A DNA stretch of 64,000 bases, taken from assembly GCF_006345805.1 (NCBI RefSeq), contig NC_043010.1, positions 25,420,001 through 25,484,000 on the forward strand, given 5' to 3'. This document shows, piece by piece, positions 12,322 to 26,497 of this stretch. The notes below the pieces were generated by a model that made no database searches, was not told the origin of the DNA, and saw only the letters and a list, made by a program, of their open reading frames with translations. This DNA comes from Octopus sinensis (taxonomy: Eukaryota). Position numbers and translations under genes: made by a program. Position 1 is the stretch's first letter; each line of letters begins with the position of its first letter.

Positions 12322-12548
12322 TTTTTGTTTCTTTACTACCCACAAGGGGCAAAACACAGAGGGGACAAACAAACGGATTAAGTCGATTATATCGACCCCA
12401 GTGCGTAACTGGTACTTAATTTATCGACCCCAAAAGGATGAAAGGCAAAGTCGACCTCAGCGGAATTTGAACTCAGAAAGTAACGGCAGACGAAATACGG
12501 CTACGCATTTCGCCCGGCGTGCTAACGTTTCTGCCAGCTCGCCGCCCT
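12322..12548 (-). mobile_element. Young tRNA-derived SINE (family A) with 15-bp TSD
   Basis: ggcggcgagctggcagaaacgttagcacgccgggcg...gtcgactttgcctttcatcc...; TSD AGTTCTGTCTTGATT at 12307-12321 and 12549-12563; CpGs retained. Confidence 0.9.
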
Positions 12549-15134
12549 AGTTCTGTCTTGATTGTGCCATTCTTCACCATTCTTCACCATTTTGGTCCAA
12601 TTGCATGAGCAAATTTTCTTCCCATTATTGTGGAAGCCTTCCAAGAGGCATTTTCTAATTTCTTGGATACAGCTCTGCAACTACACAGGTCCATCTTTTG
12701 TCTGAACCTTGCAACATGTCTGGCTCAGCGGAACTTGTACTTTCGTTACTCTGTGATCCTTGTTCACTCTACTTCATTACTGAATAAGTCAACAGAAATA
12801 TATTTCAGGATAATGATTTTGATTTTTGCCCCTTAATGCTGAGTATCTTTCAGAAAGCTGTACTTAACTTTTTGGAAGATCATATGGAGCCTTAAAGCCG
12901 CAGGTTCACCATCTTTGTACTAAAGCATAAGAATTTTAAAGTATATGTCATCTACTAAGCTTTTAAATATATTAAATATTGTGCCAAAAAGACCAAATAA
13001 TTTCACTTTTAGTCATCTTGTGCCATGAACGTCCACACTGACCCACCATCATCATCGTCCTTTAACATCTGTTTTCCATTCTGGCATGGGTTGTTCATAA
13101 AACAGTTTGGCCAGAGCCTGCAAGCTGAAATGCTGCATCAGGTTCCAGTCTGATTTGGCTTAGTTTCTATGACTGGATGCTCTTCCTAATACCAACCACT
13201 TTACTGTGTGTGCTGTGTGCTTTTAACATTGCACTTCACAAGTGCTTTTATGTGACACCAACTCTTGTTGGCCAATTCTCTTCACCAGGAGATGTGGCCT
13301 TAATGCTTCTGCTGTGAAGGATGGGTCTTCTTGAGAACCAAGTCTTCTTGAAGCCTGTTCAGCTCTGACCTCTTCTCCCAGATTTTAACCCCTCGTCTCA
13401 TAACATAAAGTTACCTTCCTCTCTACTGTAACCCCACTCAGTCAAAGGAGATCATCTTGCCAGCTGTATGGTGCCATGAAAAAAAACACTCAATACACAC
13501 AATAAAGTAGTTGACATTAGGAAAGACATCCAGTCAAGAAACCTTAGCAAAACAGATATTGGGGCCTGATACAGTCCTTGGACCCTTCAGATCTTGCCAA
13601 ATCATCCAACCCATGCCAGCATGGAAGACAGACATTAAAAGACAATGATGATGAGTATCTTGCTAGTCATTACAGTATAGGAAGTAAGCAATTTTGTTTA
13701 CCTCTGGCGATTGTGCTAATTTTTAAAGACATCACCAAAGAATTTGCTGATACAGGTTTATGTATTCTGCTGTTCTTCTACCTTCCTGTTCTGCCACTTA
13801 TCATTTCCTCCCTTCCTCAGCCACTTCTATTCTTTTACCCTCCCACTGCCATAATGAAATTTATTAAACCCCACCTCTACCCCTCTTTCATTCACTATAT
13901 TCACCTCTACACCCACTCTAACCATCTGTCACTCTCCCCTCACACTCCAATGAACTTATTCACCCATTCTTCCTGATTCTTTGTCCATATTCTCTCTTAT
14001 ACTTAACCTCTTGTATTTTGAGAATACACCCTGACACCTTATCATCTCCATCATGGTCTTCTTTCCAGCTACTCCTATACTATATTTCCTCTATAGTAAG
14101 ACACTTGTGCCTATTCTTCTATCATACTTTAGCATCTTAACATCTGTCATAAAGTCACCTTACTCTCAACTACAAGCTCACTTAATCAAGGCTCTTCTCT
14201 TTGTCTTGTGAGTTACTTGGCGACCTCACAAGTGTCAGTGTCATGAAAAAAAAATTATCACTCAGTATTTGCTGTAAAGTGGTTGGCATTAGAAAGAGCA
14301 TCCAGCCATAGAAACCATCCCAAAGCAGGTACTAGAGTTTGAGGCAGTCCTTTGTTTCATTGGATATCAAAACTGTCTTAACTGCCAGCATGGAAGATAA
14401 ATATTAAATGTAGATGAGGATTACATACATACACTCATGCACACACACATACACACGACATGTATGCATGTGAGTTGTTGAATTTTAAAAGAGTTATGCT
14501 TCTCTCTATTTACACTTCAATGACTGAGAAAGATATGAAAACCACAAACCATATTTCCTGCTCTTGATGAATAACTCAGGTCTCAAAAATATAAAACTAT
14601 TGGCACTTGTTCAAATGCTCTGAGCATATCATCATCACTATCATAATTTTTAAGACCACTTTTCATGGGCTAGATAGTTACAGAGGATTCAACGGGTCAA
14701 GGGATCAGGTCTTGTCCCAGTCTCTCAGTTTGGGCATGGTTTCTCTGGGTGGATTCCTGCCCTAGTACAAACCAGCACAACTTTGAGATTATCTTGTAAC
14801 TTGTGCACGCGCACGTGTGTGTATTGTCTCTGTTCTTTTTCTGTCTTGTAACTTACATGGCAACTTCATTAGTGCTGTTGGCATGCAAAAAGCACCCAGC
14901 ACACTCTGGAAAGTGGTTGGCATTATGAAGCGAATCCAGCTGAAGAAACCATGCCAAAGCTGACATCAGGACTTGGTGCAGCCCTGCAATTCACCAGATC
15001 CAGTCAAACTGTCCAGCATGGAAAATAGGCGTTAAATAATGATGATGAGGACGACGTCGACAATGGTATTTACATGTATGTATCTATCTACCTACCTAGT
15101 TACCCATCTATCTATCTATCTTTCTATGTATGTA

Positions 15135-15178
<44 letters not shown>

Positions 15179-15879
15179 TATGTATGTATGTATGTATGTA
15201 TGTATGTATGTATGTATGTATCTATCTATCTATCTATCTATCTATCTACCTACCTACCTACCTACCTACCTACTTACCAATCTATCTATAAATATCTTCT
15301 GAAAAATTAACAGGTATGTTAAATTTTTGATATTGACAAAACTCATTAACCTGTAACTACAGAATGCTGCTTATCTTAACTTTGCTTGTATTATGCGTCA
15401 TTCACATTTAAGAAGCTCAATAAGAACATAAACCGATCCAGTACCGATGCGACATCAGACCAAGAAAGATAAAGGAAGTCGACCGCCATGGGATTCGAAC
15501 TCAGCGCGTAAAGAGCCGTATCTAAATGTTGGACATTGTTATAAAAGCACAAGGCCTAAGGATCTTCTTGGCCGAGAGAGGGAGAGGGGGGATAAGATTA
15601 TGTGACGTTCATGCTTCTCTAAAAAACATAAGCAAAATGAACAAAACAGTTACAATCAGAAATCGAAGCCAAAGAAACCAGTCTCAAAATCAGGCTTGCG
15701 CGCGCACACTCACTCATATACACACAAACACTACACCCATTATGTGCATCTACACACACGCACACACACATAAATATATATTTACATATACACACAGTTG
15801 TACATGTGCATGTGTAGACACACTTCTAGATTCACATGAAAACAAATAAAAAATAAACAAATTAATAAATAAACAATTA

Positions 15880-16170
15880 TATTGACGTCATAGATTTTGA
15901 GGTTTATATTTTCGCAGAGAATGATGACGTAAAGACAGCAATAAACAGAACCACAACAACTCTCGGCATTAAGGTAGGCATCGCTGATGTCTTGATAGTT
16001 TTCTCTCGTCTTTAATCATGGACCAGCCTGAAGTATTGACCTGACTAATTAATACCAATTAATTAAACGGAGTAAAATTACAATCACCATACGCCTGTAG
16101 ACCGATTAAGTTTTTTTTTTGGTTCGGTATATTTTAATACTCTGTTGCTGTCTCTCCAAACTCGACAGGT
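15880..16170. promoter_or_regulatory. Possible CpG-rich promoter-like region with CRE sites
   Basis: TGACGTCA at 15883-15890 and TGACGTAA at 15925-15932, at the left edge of a CpG-retaining domain. A donor-like CAG|gtacgt lies near 16168. No associated CDS was identified. Confidence 0.25.
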
Positions 16171-16334
16171 ACGTTTCAATATTTTTACTTAATTCTATCT
16201 TACAGGTAACACACACACATATACATACATACATATATATACATATATATATAATATATATACATATATATATATATATATCTATATATATATATTATAT
16301 ATATATATATATATCTATATATATATATATATAT

Positions 16335-17063
16335 ATAACATGTAATACGGACGGATAATGCAAACCGGGTATTGCTATAACATTGAGTATAAGTAGAAAT
16401 AGTAAACAGTAATACGAGTCTTTATTGGTAGACGATTGAATTCAGTTCGAACGTAATTAAAGTAGTTAAAAATTGATTTCTTGAATTAACGTGAATTGTT
16501 TACTGTTGAGTATACATAGTCGTCGTTGTATCTATTGAGCCTCTGATGAAAGGCGTTCAAATCGTTCGATTTCATCTATATATATTTTTTCTCATACATT
16601 GTAATTAGGATGATATTATTCACTGAGTCCTTTCCTTTTTGAGACACTAGGGTATGGTTTGAGGGAAATTTGTTTTCTATCTCTAGAAAGCTGAGTGATT
16701 ATGTAGAGGTTCAAATATTTGTGTGGACGTATTTGGACTGCAAAAACTGAAAAATAATTATTTCTTTACATAAACACAATGCCAGAATTTATCGTTGAGG
16801 AAGGTTATTGATCGATTATATCGACTCCTACTTCCACATCCAGCACTTGACTGGTTCTTATTTTATTGATTCTGGAAGGAAGAAAAGCAAAGTAAATAAA
16901 CCTCAGCGGGATTTGAACTCTAAACGTGAAGGAACAAAATGAAATACTGCTGCAATTCATCTCGTTCAGCGAGCGCTTAACGGTCTCAGTAAACGAATTC
17001 ACACTGCCAAATTTGACAAAAAGCAATCTCCAGAATTCATATGACTTGATTAGTGACAGTCGA

Positions 17064-17105
<42 letters not shown>

Positions 17106-17115
17106 TATATATATA

Positions 17116-17146
<31 letters not shown>

Positions 17147-17872
17147 ACATGTAATACGGACGGATAATGCAAACCGGGTATTGCTATAACATTGAGTATA
17201 AGTAGAAATAGTAAACAGTAATACGAGTCTTTATTGGTAGACGATTGAATTCAGTTCGAACGTAATTAAAGTAGTTAAAAATTGATTTCTTGAATTAACG
17301 TGAATTGTTTACTGTTGAGTATACATAGTCGTCGTTGTATCTATTGAGCCTCTGATGAAAGGCGTTCAAATCGTTCGATTTCATCTATATATATTTTTTC
17401 TCATACATTGTAATTAGGATGATATTATTCACTGAGTCCTTTCCTTTTTGAGACACTAGGGTATGGTTTGAGGGAAATTTGTTTTCTATCTCTAGAAAGC
17501 TGAGTGATTATGTAGAGGTTCAAATATTTGTGTGGACGTATTTGGACTGCAAAAACTGAAAAATAATTATTTCTTTACATAAACACAATGCCAGAATTTA
17601 TCGTTGAGGAAGGTTATTGATCGATTATATCGACTCCTACTTCCACATCCAGCACTTGACTGGTTCTTATTTTATTGATTCTGGAAGGAAGAAAAGCAAA
17701 GTAAATAAACCTCAGCGGGATTTGAACTCTAAACGTGAAGGAACAAAATGAAATACTGCTGCAATTCATCTCGTTCAGCGAGCGCTTAACGGTCTCAGTA
17801 AACGAATTCACACTGCCAAATTTGACAAAAAGCAATCTCCAGAATTCATATGACTTGATTAGTGACAGTCGA

Positions 17873-17900
<28 letters not shown>
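16335..17900. repeat. Apparently identical tandem duplication, 809-bp period, bounded by (TG)n(TA)n microsatellites
   Basis: ORF-track entries 16805/17614 and 16926/17735 are offset by 809 and identical outside the microsatellite. The text of the two units is identical by eye. Confidence 0.92.
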
Positions 17901-17942
<42 letters not shown>

Positions 17943-18839
17943 GTTGCTAATTTGTAATTAGACTGTTATTATCTGCGTGTATATATTTATTTGCTATCGT
18001 TGTCTGATTTGCACCTTTAGTTAAAATTACAACATAACCAACCAACATCGTTTTTCGAACACTTTTACTAATATTGCTGTTGTATATAGATTTTAAATGT
18101 GATCGAAATTCTTGCCTTTTCTTAACATGAATTATAACTGACAAATATGTTTGTCTTCATAAACACCTCAATCGTTTATTCTGACTGACTAGCTATAAAT
18201 TTTTATGCCATCAACTTAAGAATAGTTAAACGAGGGAGCTTCTACATAATCGTTCAACCTACTAGAAATAGCACTCAAATTACTTCTACTACCTTAAGCT
18301 AAAAAGGGCTACCTTGGATAATGTAGTCTTAGATACGCAATATCCAAGAGAAAGACGGGATGATCATAACCGAAACGCCTAGGTCAGTTAGTCTCCTTTT
18401 ATAATTGACTTCACATCTAGAATACATTATAGATATAAAAATCGACATAGTAATTGCCTGGTGTTATAATTTATCAGTTCTGGAAGGATAAAGAGAGGAA
18501 ATTGCCTTCAGTGGAATTTGAACTCGGAGCTGACCTGGAGCTAAACAATAACTATGTTACGAATATAGCGGAAAGGAAGAGCAAAATAAACGTAGCAAAA
18601 TAAACCATATATTTTGTAGATACATTGTCAAACTGTATGTGTGCACAGATTAGCACTCATATTCAATCGTTATCAGACTTCGCCCTCTTTTATAGATTGA
18701 ACATCTTGTATCTCATGATCGGGCTTTGCTGTGTTGAAATTTTGTGGTTTAGCTCAGCATCAGCCTTCACCGACCAGGCCTACGTTTAAAGTTGTTCCAG
18801 TTACGACCATTCATTATATCTTATAACTATATTATCAAA

Positions 18840-18898
<59 letters not shown>

Positions 18899-20559
18899 GA
18901 GACACACATTGTGGGCTTATCTCATTTTTTAGTTGATAGGTTGGAATTAAGTCTCAGGTTAACCTTGATGGAGCAAAACTAAATGAAAAGTATTATCAAT
19001 ATACATACCTCATCTTTTTATGGTTATTTAGAAATATGCTATTTCTAGCGAGGTGGACGACGACGTTCGGACTCCCTTGTTGATCTGTAGAAATCGTCAA
19101 TTGTGGGTGATTATATATATATAAAGAAAAGGACAAAATAATTGGAAACAGGAACTGAATTCACATCAGACTTTAGGAAGTTGGTACGCCTTTCAATAAA
19201 CCACACAAAAAAACAATTGATGATTGTGTTTGTGTATTAAGTTTTTTTCTTTATCTATTCTTTTTTTCTAAGGTTATCAACAAACATTGGATTATCATGA
19301 TAGTAACAATAATAATAACAAACTGGTATATCGGTATTTCAACTGCGGTTATTCAAACGGTGTCAATAAGGGCGTGCACGTTATAAATATACATACGTAA
19401 ATGGATAAAAAAACTTTAATCATCTTTATTACTAATTAGTAGGAGAAGCGAAATTCTTTTAAAGTAAATTATTTTCTAATTCATTAATCAGAAAATAAGA
19501 AAAGAAAAATAGATATTTTAGTTGAATGAACTTAGACGATTATGAAAAGAAGACAAAAGTTATTTCAACCACTTAGTCTAATAACAGGACGACGGTAGTG
19601 TTTGTAAGTAGCAAGAGGCCAGCGAAGGAAGTCAATTAATGACCGGATTTAGTTTGTCAATGCAGACAACTTATACATAGTTGAGACAAGAGAAACTCTA
19701 CGAGAGGGTCACTCGACCTGCTAGAAATATTAACCTCATCTACCTTAAATTACACCACACTCTTTGAAAAAAAAAGTGCGCGCGAGGAGCACAGACAATT
19801 TTAGTACTAGGTATAATGTCCCAAATAAGAGAGATCGAACACCTTTGAACATGGGTTTGATCCGAGTTTTTAGATCATCATAGTTACTTTAAAGTTTCTT
19901 GTCTGGAGATATTCGTCTTTATTTACTTCAACTTTTCTAGAATTAAATTTATTTTGGTGGGTGTGGTGGTGGTTGGACATTTCCATTTTTGTTGGATGGT
20001 AGATGATAAATGAATTAAAAATAGAAAAGTAAAAGAGAAATTCATGAAAGAAGAGCAAAGAATTTTTTAAATAAATACATAAAAAATAAAATATAGCTGA
20101 GAAGAAAAGGAAGAGAAAGAAATTGGAGGTATGCAATCTTCTAGGATTATACATTTTTGGGGTATTTAGCAAGAAATTGATTGCATTAGATGGTAGCCTT
20201 TAAAGACCTGATGAGTTGACTACATCTTAAAGTAGAAGCAGACGTACATTAACGAGGGATATAATACATGTAGCCACTGTAACTAATAACTGCAGTATTT
20301 ACTTGATGTTACCTTAAATTTATATTCTAACTTATATAAAATCTTTAGGAAACTTAATGAAAATTGCACTTACATGTAAAAATAGGATCATGTAAAAATT
20401 TCATTGAATTAAATTCTTTGATAAGGCAGTCCCTTACTCCAGTAAAACCTTACTAATGAGTGGATTCAAGAACAAAATTACTTGCTCACATAATTTCTGT
20501 CTTCACTTAAAGTTAAATTTGATATTGCAAAACTTTTGTAGCCTTAATAGATTAATATA

Positions 20560-21015
20560 TAAAGCTGATTAACAAACCTACTAGTTAACTAAGCTGAAAT
20601 TGTACTACAAACATGAAAAATGTATCACAAGCTCAATCCCAATAATGCTAAGGCCATATATGCAGGCAAAACACAATACTTGTCCGCTGAATGTGTCTTG
20701 CAAAGCAGAAGCTATCCTTTCTTGGCTAGATGCTACCATCATAAAACGAAACATTAATGTAGCATCTAAAAGTACATAAGAATGACTGAAGAGAGTTCAA
20801 AGGACGATTCAACAACCATTCTGCCTCTCTCAAACACATTAATATGAGAAATACAATAAAATAAGCTGAGTACACCCAGCAATTAAAAGAAAAATTCTGA
20901 TTAAAACATCAAATAGAAGTATTTTGAAAGATCAAAGTCTTAGAAGTTTGGAAATGAAAGATGCAATCTTTGAACAGCAGAGAAATGCCTCATCATAATA
21001 TAATCTGCTTAATCA
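20560..21015 (+). mobile_element. Degraded Penelope-like element (GIY-YIG region)
   Basis: Broken frames give TCPLN..C, KYIRMTE, FKGRFNNH, EYTQQLKE and C.L...EK-like motifs of Penelope endonucleases. Confidence 0.5.
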
Positions 21016-21103
21016 TGATCGTCATTTGATTGTTACATTTACATATATACATACATGCATGCGCACACACAAACATACATGTATATGTGTGTGTATATAA
21101 TCA

Positions 21104-21855
21104 TTTTAACCCTGCTTGCATAAGCAAAAGCAGGGTGTTGTAATCACTCATCATTGTCTGTCTGTGTGTTTGCAAAATTAATGGAAAATGGCTGAATGGA
21201 TTTTCTCCAAATTTGGTAGAAAATACTCATTGAGTGAGTGACTTGAAGTGATGAAAATTTGGTTTGATTATCTTCAACCATACATAAATACATACATAGA
21301 TTTGTGGCTCTGTGTGTGTGTACAGTGATGGATTGAGGGTTTCGTTTATTTACAAGTTGATTTCTTAATTTCACCAGTGTATAAATACCTATAATGGTGA
21401 TTCTTAAAAAAATAAAAGAAATTTTAAAAAACTGAGCTCATAAATTTCCCTATATTATTTATATCCTACAACGAACTACAGTACGTTTGATTCGCCTGCC
21501 ATCATCGAAAAACGTTGAAAACACTTATTCTATACAATATTTTCTACAAGTATTTCGTTTTGTTGACTTTCTTTTTCATATGAATTGACCTTTGTCTGCG
21601 TGTGTACAGATCATGGTGTACCTGTGTGTAGATACGTGTGGGTACATACATAAATACATACATAGATATGTGACTCTGTGTGTGTGTATGTGCATATACA
21701 GTGATGATTTGAGGGTTTCATTTATTTGTGGGTTGATTTCTTAATTTCACTGGTATATAAATACCTATAATGGTGATATTTTAAAAAAATATAATAATAA
21801 ATCAGTTTAATTAAAAAGCATGGGTAAGCAACGCATTGTAAGCCACACTATAATT
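21104..21855 (+). mobile_element. Helentron/DINE-like non-autonomous element with internal ~150-bp direct repeat
   Basis: 5' ttttaaccctgcttg...aagcagggtg palindrome, tgtctgtctg microsatellite, 3' aagcatgggta subterminal inverted copy; repeats at about 21279-21420 and 21643-21795. Confidence 0.5.
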
Positions 21856-22949
21856 TACAAAACATTTAGCTGCATGCAAGGTATGCATCACCCCTCTGAT
21901 GCCTCTGTTTTTCATTATGTCTGTTTTTCCCTGCAAACGTGGGTTGGACAAGTTTTCAGTCTTAATCAGTTCTTATTTGAAGTCACTATCCTCCCAGATA
22001 GATTGCAAGGTCATGTCTCACTCCCATGTCCCAGTTTTGAGCATTGTTTCTCCTTCTTGATACTAACCATTTTACAAGGTGTACACAGTGCATTTTGTTA
22101 TGGCACTAGCATGTGAGTTGGTCATGTCCTTGGAAAACTAGAGCGGTCTACATTGTCTCAGCTCACTTGTTCAGCCACTTTATGTAATGTAACTGAGTGT
22201 GTTTTGTAAGTAGTTTTGTCACGTACATCACAAAACTAAAGTGTTTGCACTACTCTAAAAGGGAAACCAGATGAGAGGGCAATGACAGAAGCTGAGCGGT
22301 GGTGAGAGATGTGAAAGTGCAATAGGGGAAATAAGTGGTGAGAGATGTGAAAGTGCAATAGGGGAAATAGATTTATGTGGGTGAAAGTAACAGAAGAGCC
22401 AGTGCTAGTGGTGACAAAGTAATGAATGAGAGACAGCAATGCCAGGAGTTAGTGGGGAAAGGCAGCAATGATGGAAAAACTACTTATTTGACAGTGAGAA
22501 GGCAAGAAGTTGATGAATGGTTAGGAAGATCAGTAAGAAACGAGTGAGGTATGTTAATCATAATAACCTGCAGGGGAGAAAACAAGGGCTTGCAGAAGGA
22601 TGACAGGCGGAGGGAAAGATCCTTCATTTTACAGGTATTGTGATAGGAGTAAGAGAAATGTTAGTCAGGTGATGGGGCTTGAATGGGGAGAGATTCAGTT
22701 CTATACTGTCGTATATGGTACAATGAATAGGAGAGGATCAGTGATAGAGAGATGAAAGCATGTTAAAGAAGTAGATGGAGAGTAGGGAGAGTGAGAGAAA
22801 TGAAAGATGTCAAGGCGATGGAGGGTTGTAGGGAGAGGGTGAATGAAAGAGAGGTAGAAGGATATTACAGAGGCGGGTGGCAGATGGTTGGTTGGGAAAG
22901 GGCATCCTAACCCTTATCTCTACCTTGTTTAAGTGTTCTCTTTGCCATG

Positions 22950-25110
22950 CTTATACAGAAGAAGAGTATATTTTTCCTCTGCCTTGTATATTCTCAATTG
23001 TTGTGGTCTCATAACATCTCTTTCATGAAGCTCTGCATCTGCAAACCAATTCTCACATCATCCCATGTCATCCTAGGTCTCTCTCTTCCACAAGTTTCAT
23101 CTATTTTGTACATTCATCACATTCTTCTAGAGCTGTCATCATTCAAACGCATCACATTCCCTTACCTGTGCAGTCTTATCTCTTGCATGCTACATCAGAT
23201 TCTTCTCATACCTAGTTTTTCACTCAGCTCATCAATGTTACACATGAGCATGTTCATTTCATTTCTTTCCAATTTTGTAAAATCCCAAACACTTTTCTAG
23301 CCCCATGTTTCACTACCATGCAGCATTCTACTTCATGCACAAGCATCGTTTAATCTCCACAGAGTGAACAGGCTCATTGTCGTTTGTATTTTCTTCACCT
23401 GCTTTTACTTTGGCAACCATACTTTCAGTATGCCCACCTCTCCTACTAACTAGGTCACCTTTATAACAAAAGCTATCAATTACATCAAGGGAGCTATCCT
23501 GGTATTAATTGTCTACAGAAACATTACTTATAAACCTACTATTATTAACAGCTTAAGTGTTTCAGATACAATGAATGTATATAAAGACATGGTGTTTCCA
23601 TCTGTCTATTACATACAGTCTTGGCTAAAATCTATTGATGAATTCCATAGTAGAAAGCATCTATTTTACCAGGGCTGTTAGTGCTTACTGCGTTTGTACA
23701 TCTGTCATGTATAAAGTCTACCTTTTTCATTGGCCTGCTTGTGATCCCACTAATACTTTGGTGCATCCACAGGCTGCAGTGTATGAAATTTCTACCTACT
23801 CTCTTTTTCTGCATATTGAGTACCACCACTTCCCTGATGGTACTAGAATCCTGTCTTCTTTTCTACTTACTAAAATCATGGTCTGAAGTTTACTTTGAGG
23901 CCTTCCAATTCTAGATTCTGCTTCCAGGTCTGGAATTTCTTCTCTCACTCCTCTTACAGAATTAGCTGTACAAACTAAATCATCACCATACTGAAGTTCC
24001 TATGAACAGCTGCTTTTGAAATACTTTGATATGGTCTAGTGGACTATAATAATCTTGAAGAGCTAAGGACTGAGCTCTGATGAACCCTTACTTACATGCT
24101 AAATTCATCACTGGACTCATATCTGACCCTCATCTTGTTGACTGCACCTCTGTGCATAACTTGAATGATACAAGCTTCTCATTTACCTTTAGTTTCCTAA
24201 GTGATTACTAGATTACAAAGTATGGAATCAATCCAGTCAGAGGTGTTCTGCAGCTCAACAAACACCAGATACTCCTTGCTAATTACTCTTGAAAAAGTTT
24301 CACTTGAAAGAAAACATTAGTAGTAACACTTCCTCACCCAAAGCTGAACTGCAGCTCATCTGGGCTAATTTACTTCCTAATCAATTCAGTTACAACAGTT
24401 TCTATAACTTTCATAACCTAGTCCAAAAATTGTGATGCCTCATTAATTGCCTCTAATGCATTACTCTTCTTCCACTCATTGGATGTGACTCCTTTCTGTA
24501 CAACCTGATTGCATATGCAAGTGTTTAGCCTGTGCCCTACTCTGCCAGATATTTTAGCATCTCAGGACTGACTGATGATCAACTTCCTTTAGTGCCTTCA
24601 AATCTTTAATTGTTTTAGCTACCATACTGCTGTCAATTCAAAATGCTGGTCCCTTTCTGAGTCAGCTTTAGGGAAACCCTTCTTTCTTCTATACACATTC
24701 CTCCTTCAACTTCATGCTTCTGTGCATCTTTCTTTTCCCTGTTAGCAAGAGCAAGTGTGTTGTTATCATTTCCTGCACATGTCTAATGACTGTGATTCTC
24801 TCTAGTACACATCCTTGCAAACTGTAATATCTAACATCTCAGATACTCTTAGACATAAAGCATTGAGTAAAACTCTTATTTTCTGCATCTTTCCTGACTA
24901 ATTATACCTGATGTCAAGCTTCTTGTTTAGCATAGTTCTCTGCTGTCCAATTTCTTCCAATGATTCCAGACTTATCTGCCAACTTTTATGGCTCTGTCTA
25001 GGATACTATTCCATCTTCTTGTCATCTTTGATCTTATTAAAATCATACTCCAGCCTGAGATGTGGTTTGTAAACCTCAACAGGTGTCTTGTAAGAACTAC
25101 CATGTGCTCA
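22950..25110 (-). mobile_element. Old, heavily mutated RTE LINE
   Basis: Remnants of GCPWEL-like, QGSALS-like, GRNFIHCSLWMH (PHD-like) and LHGSETW motifs on the minus strand. Confidence 0.7.
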
Positions 25111-25715
25111 AATGTAAATGTAGTTATAAATATTAGCTTATGATATATAGGGTAAAATAAGCAGGCAAGCTGGCAGAATCATTAGCATGCCAGGCAAAAT
25201 GCTTTGCAGTGTTTTCTCTGTCTTTATGTTCTGAGTTCAAATTCTGCCAAGGTTAACTTTGTCTTTCATCCTTTTGGGGATGATAAATACTATTGGACAC
25301 TGGGGTCGGTGTAAATACTCCAAAGAAGGAGGAAAAATTGCTAAAAATACAGCTTTTTAATCCTTTTGTTACTATATTTCAATTTAAATACACTGCTTTG
25401 TTTTAATTAATTTTTTAAATAATAAAGAATTTATAAAATAGTATTGTTATTGTAAAGCTGTTTTTTTTAAACAAATTAACAATAAACTTTGATAAGTTTT
25501 AATTTCAGTCACTTTAAGACAGGAAGTTTGTATAGAAGCAAGGAAGCAGCCAGTCTCAGGCAGGGTGCTATCAAAAGTGTTAAAAATGACATATTTTCCA
25601 TTTTTTCGAAACAAACATTTTTCTGCACTTTTATGTATAGAGACACTGCATCTGAGTGGATGCTTGAAAATTGTCATCCATGCATGCGTGTGTGTGTGTG
25701 TGTGTGTATTTTGAC

Positions 25716-25869
25716 ATAGGAGTGGCTGTGTGGTAAGTAGTTTGCTTACCAACTACATGGTTCCAGGTTCAGGCCCACTGTGTGGCACCTTGGGCGTCTG
25801 CTACAGTAGCCTCGGGCTGACCAAAGCCTTGTGAGTGGATTTGGTAGATGGAAACTGAAAGAAGCCCAT

Positions 25870-25919
<50 letters not shown>

Positions 25920-26128
25920 TATATTATGTTTGTGTGTCTGTGTTTGTCCCCCAACATCGTTTGACAACCGATGCTGGTGTGTTTACGTCCCCGTAACTTA
26001 GCGGTTCGGCAAAAGAGACTGATATAAATACTAGGCTTACAAACAATAAATCCTGGGGTTCATTTGCTCTACTAAAGGCGGTGCTCCAACATGGCCGCAG
26101 TCAAATGACTGAAAACAAATAAAAGAAA
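25716..26128 (+). mobile_element. tRNA-derived SINE family B
   Basis: ggagtggctgtgtggtaag...ggcaccttgggc...ccaaagccttgtgagtggatttggtag...(TG)n...ggtgctccagcatggccgcagtcaaatgactgaaac. Other copies at about 33551-34075, 37139-37531, 41829-42236(-), 42475-42850, 47005-47412, 48455-48822 and 55905-56480(-). Confidence 0.9.
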
Positions 26129-26397
26129 TATATGTGTGCGTGTGTGTTTATTTATATATATTTGTATATGTATGTATACACACACACACACATATGCATT
26201 TGTATATGTATGGTTGAGACTTATCCCTGTTGTCGTATTGCAGCTGTCCAGTAATTAACAGGCATGTATTTTGATTCCCAACGTCCAGTCTGCATTTTGT
26301 TGTTTAAAATGTATTTCACTCCTGACATACCATTATTACTGTTACTCTTTATAAACTCTTCCCTGTTATTTATAGATTCATTTGCACTTGAAAAGCT

Positions 26398-26497
26398 NNN
26401 NNNNNNNNNNNNNNNNNNNNNNNNNNNNNNNNNNNNNNNNNNNNNNNNNNNNNNNNNNNNNNNNNNNNNNNNNNNNNNNNNNNNNNNNNNNNNNNNN
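26398..26497. other. Assembly gap (100 N)
   Basis: Run of 100 N, probably a placeholder of unknown size. Confidence 1.

Noticed and set aside
16543-16549. CTGATGA hammerhead core (duplicated at 17352; another near 31005)
   Set aside because: No stem II followed by GAAA, and no stem I/III partners.
19009-19340. Exon-like segments open on both strands (SSEVDDDVRTPLL on +, DQQGSPNVVVHL on -)
   Set aside because: Mutually exclusive models with equal splice support and no homology; used only as a tentative upstream piece in one finding.
20208-20275. CTGATGA followed by gttga...ttaac next to a Penelope remnant
   Set aside because: GAGG replaces GAAA and no stem I or III is evident; too degenerate to call.
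25716-25790. tRNA-like heads with A/B boxes (many SINE copies)
   Set aside because: No complete cloverleaf; each continues into a SINE body, so they are not tRNA genes.
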